Source of the DNA: a bacterium
GTDB taxonomy: Bacteria; Patescibacteriota; Minisyncoccia; UBA6257; Colwellbacteraceae
Reading direction: 5' to 3'
Length of the DNA stretch: 46,854 nt
Assembly (NCBI GenBank): GCA_029548485.1
Contig: JAKPNH010000011.1
Coordinates: 1-46,854, forward strand
In this document: positions 45,370 through 46,854 of the stretch, piece after piece
How the letters are laid out: each line of letters starts with the position of its first letter
Position numbering within the stretch: position 1 is the first letter of the stretch
Translations under genes and position numbers: made by a program
Notes under the pieces: generated by a model
Seen by the model: only the letters and a program-made list of their open reading frames with translations
The model's database searches: none
What the model was told of the DNA's origin: nothing

Positions 45370-46854
45370 TCAATATTGCGGCCATTGGCCTTCGCGGAAC
45401 AAGGTAAAAGCTTTTACGATTTCTCCGAAGAGGCTATCGATCCCTTTGAAGGTGCCTGCCGGAGGCCCCTCCTCCCGTATTCCCGCTCCGAACACCCTCA
45501 CCAAAGCCTCTTCGGGGTCAGAGTCGAGAAAACAAGAAGGATCGGGAACGGAAACGTCGTCTTTGTTCCTGCAGATCAAGGAATAGTTGGTGGTTATCTG
45601 AGGAATCGCTCTTTCTTCTCCCTGGGAAAGCAAAGGGTTGGTTCCGGTTCTTGAGGAAGAATCTCCGGAAACGATACTCATATTGCAGGAAAGAGCCGTC
45701 TTGGAACCGAGATAATCAGCCGAAGCATTCCATTCAAGGGTGGAATACTTCCTTAGCCCTATTTCCCCGGAAGAATAGAGGATGTCTGTCGGATTCGAGG
45801 AGAATTCGTTGATGGTGGGTTTTCCGACGACGCGGACTTCGGTTTTTCTCGAACGTGAAGCGGAATGGTCGGAACAATCGCGATCGGTTCCGATAACATC
45901 TCTTTTGCAGTTTTGTCCGTTGACGTCGCAATCGTAAGGCTCTCCGTAAACATCGGTATAGGTGCAGCACTCGTAATCGAGTTCGCATTGTATTCCGTAT
46001 TCGGTGGTTCTTGCGGGATTCACGTCTTCCTGACCTCCGGAAGAAGTCTTCGTAGTCCAGTTCCCGCAAAGAGAGCGGCAAGTGATTTCTTGGTTTTCTT
46101 TTGTTTCTCCAGGGCCGCAGCTTGCGGAAGAAGCAGCGTTCCAGGTGATGGTTGCCTGGTTATCCGTGGCGGTAACGCAGTGATTCTCGTTGTCTTGGAC
46201 GGTAAGAGTGAGTCCGGAGCCGGTATCGGACGGAAGATTGCAGGATTCACCTCCGGAGGTGCGGCAGGAGGACATGCAAGAATTCAAAAAATCATAGCAA
46301 GTTCCGTATTTGGCTTTGCATTGATCTTCCGATTCGAACTTCGTGCTTAAACAACTGTAAACCGGATCGCAACGATAGAACTGCTTAAGACTGCCCTCGC
46401 ATTCTTCTTTGGTGGCATAGCAGATTCCAAAGGTTTCTTCACATTCAGCTTGATTCTCGAAAGATCCTGCGAAGACGCAAGAATTAAGGTCGGGATCAAA
46501 ACGCCAGAATCCGATTCCGGAAACCGTTCCCTCCGGACAATCCCTGTATTCCGTATCGTTCGGCCCGAAACACTCGAACCCGGTCCCGGCCACGCATTCC
46601 TCGTGACTCGTATACTTGCCTTTCTGGGGAACAAGAGTTTTGTCTTCGCAGGTATAGACATCTCTGCAAAGGTATAAACATTTTTCCTGGGAAATGTCTT
46701 TTCTAAGGGTTTTATCATCCAAGCGAATGGAAGCGAGAACCGGAGAAACACCAAGTTCTTCGAGAGTTCCGTATTTACAGTTTTGCGATAAATCACAAAA
46801 AAGAGGAGCGGTAGGATCAGGCGGAGGAGGTGGATTACAGATATTGGCGCATTC
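45370..46854 (-). CDS. Large cysteine-rich, probably extracellular protein, C-terminal part (5' end beyond window)
   Basis: The frame stays open from 46722 to the window edge (ECANICNPPPPPDPTAPLFCDLSQNC...). Repeated Cys modules and Ig-like segments ('ATITWNA', 'STLEWNAS', 'TTNYSLIC'). Confidence 0.85.
   Translation of the reverse strand, partial: ECANICNPPPPPDPTAPLFCDLSQNCKYGTLEELGVSPVLASIRLDDKTLRKDISQEKCLYLCRDVYTCEDKTLVPQKGKYTSHEECVAGTGFECFGPNDTEYRDCPEGTVSGIGFWRFDPDLNSCVFAGSFENQAECEETFGICYATKEECEGSLKQFYRCDPVYSCLSTKFESEDQCKAKYGTCYDFLNSCMSSCRTSGGESCNLPSDTGSGLTLTVQDNENHCVTATDNQATITWNAASSASCGPGETKENQEITCRSLCGNWTTKTSSGGQEDVNPARTTEYGIQCELDYECCTYTDVYGEPYDCDVNGQNCKRDVIGTDRDCSDHSASRSRKTEVRVVGKPTINEFSSNPTDILYSSGEIGLRKYSTLEWNASADYLGSKTALSCNMSIVSGDSSSRTGTNPLLSQGEERAIPQITTNYSLICRNKDDVSVPDPSCFLDSDPEEALVRVFGAGIREEGPPAGTFKGIDSLFGEIVKAFTLFREGQWPQY

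Noticed and set aside
1..46854. Alternative genetic code (UGA=Gly, code 25), introns/inteins, CRISPR arrays, IS elements
   Set aside because: TGA terminates several conserved genes at the expected positions (e.g. map, aspS, mnmA). DnaB and the other core genes are uninterrupted, and no repeat-spacer arrays or transposase motifs were seen.

Overview
A compact, almost intergenic-free chromosomal segment of a genome-reduced bacterium. The gene content and protein features point to Patescibacteria/CPR, most likely Parcubacteria (inference): no uL30, two MreB paralogs, split ComEC, ProRS and AspRS lacking insertion domains, and a VirD4-like ATPase module. TGA is used as a stop codon, so this is standard code 11. 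Most genes lie on the minus strand. In minus-strand reading order: a partial Cys-rich surface protein, a membrane protein and rplU; the plus-strand cysS-dnaB-recR operon; grpE-dnaK-[membrane protein]-dnaJ; tRNA-Lys; a sigma70-region-4/HARE-HTH protein, a membrane protein, a VirD4/TraD-like ATPase, efp, mnmA, split comEC, aspS, a small membrane ORF and ndk; an unannotated ~123-nt structured RNA; tRNA-Pro; rpmB (+); a site-2 protease; the str, S10 and spc clusters, then secY, adk and map; mreB2, holB, frr, rseP and proS; mreB-mreC-mreD-like-PBP2; two degenerate M23-like membrane-anchored proteins; and a second partial Cys-rich secreted protein. No transposases, CRISPR arrays or rRNA were seen. 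Main highlights: (1) a candidate miniaturised 6S RNA with its own promoter; (2) a strongly remodelled 50S subunit (uL3 internal domain deleted, uL15 reduced to its N-terminal tail, uL5 N-terminus lost, uL23 tunnel loop deleted, uL29 and uL30 absent from the operon); (3) recurrent -10 boxes 6-10 nt upstream of start codons, suggesting leaderless mRNAs; (4) a terminator-like hairpin inside the S10 operon; (5) an EF-P with Gln at the modification site; (6) a regulator plus coupling-ATPase module upstream of ComEC.
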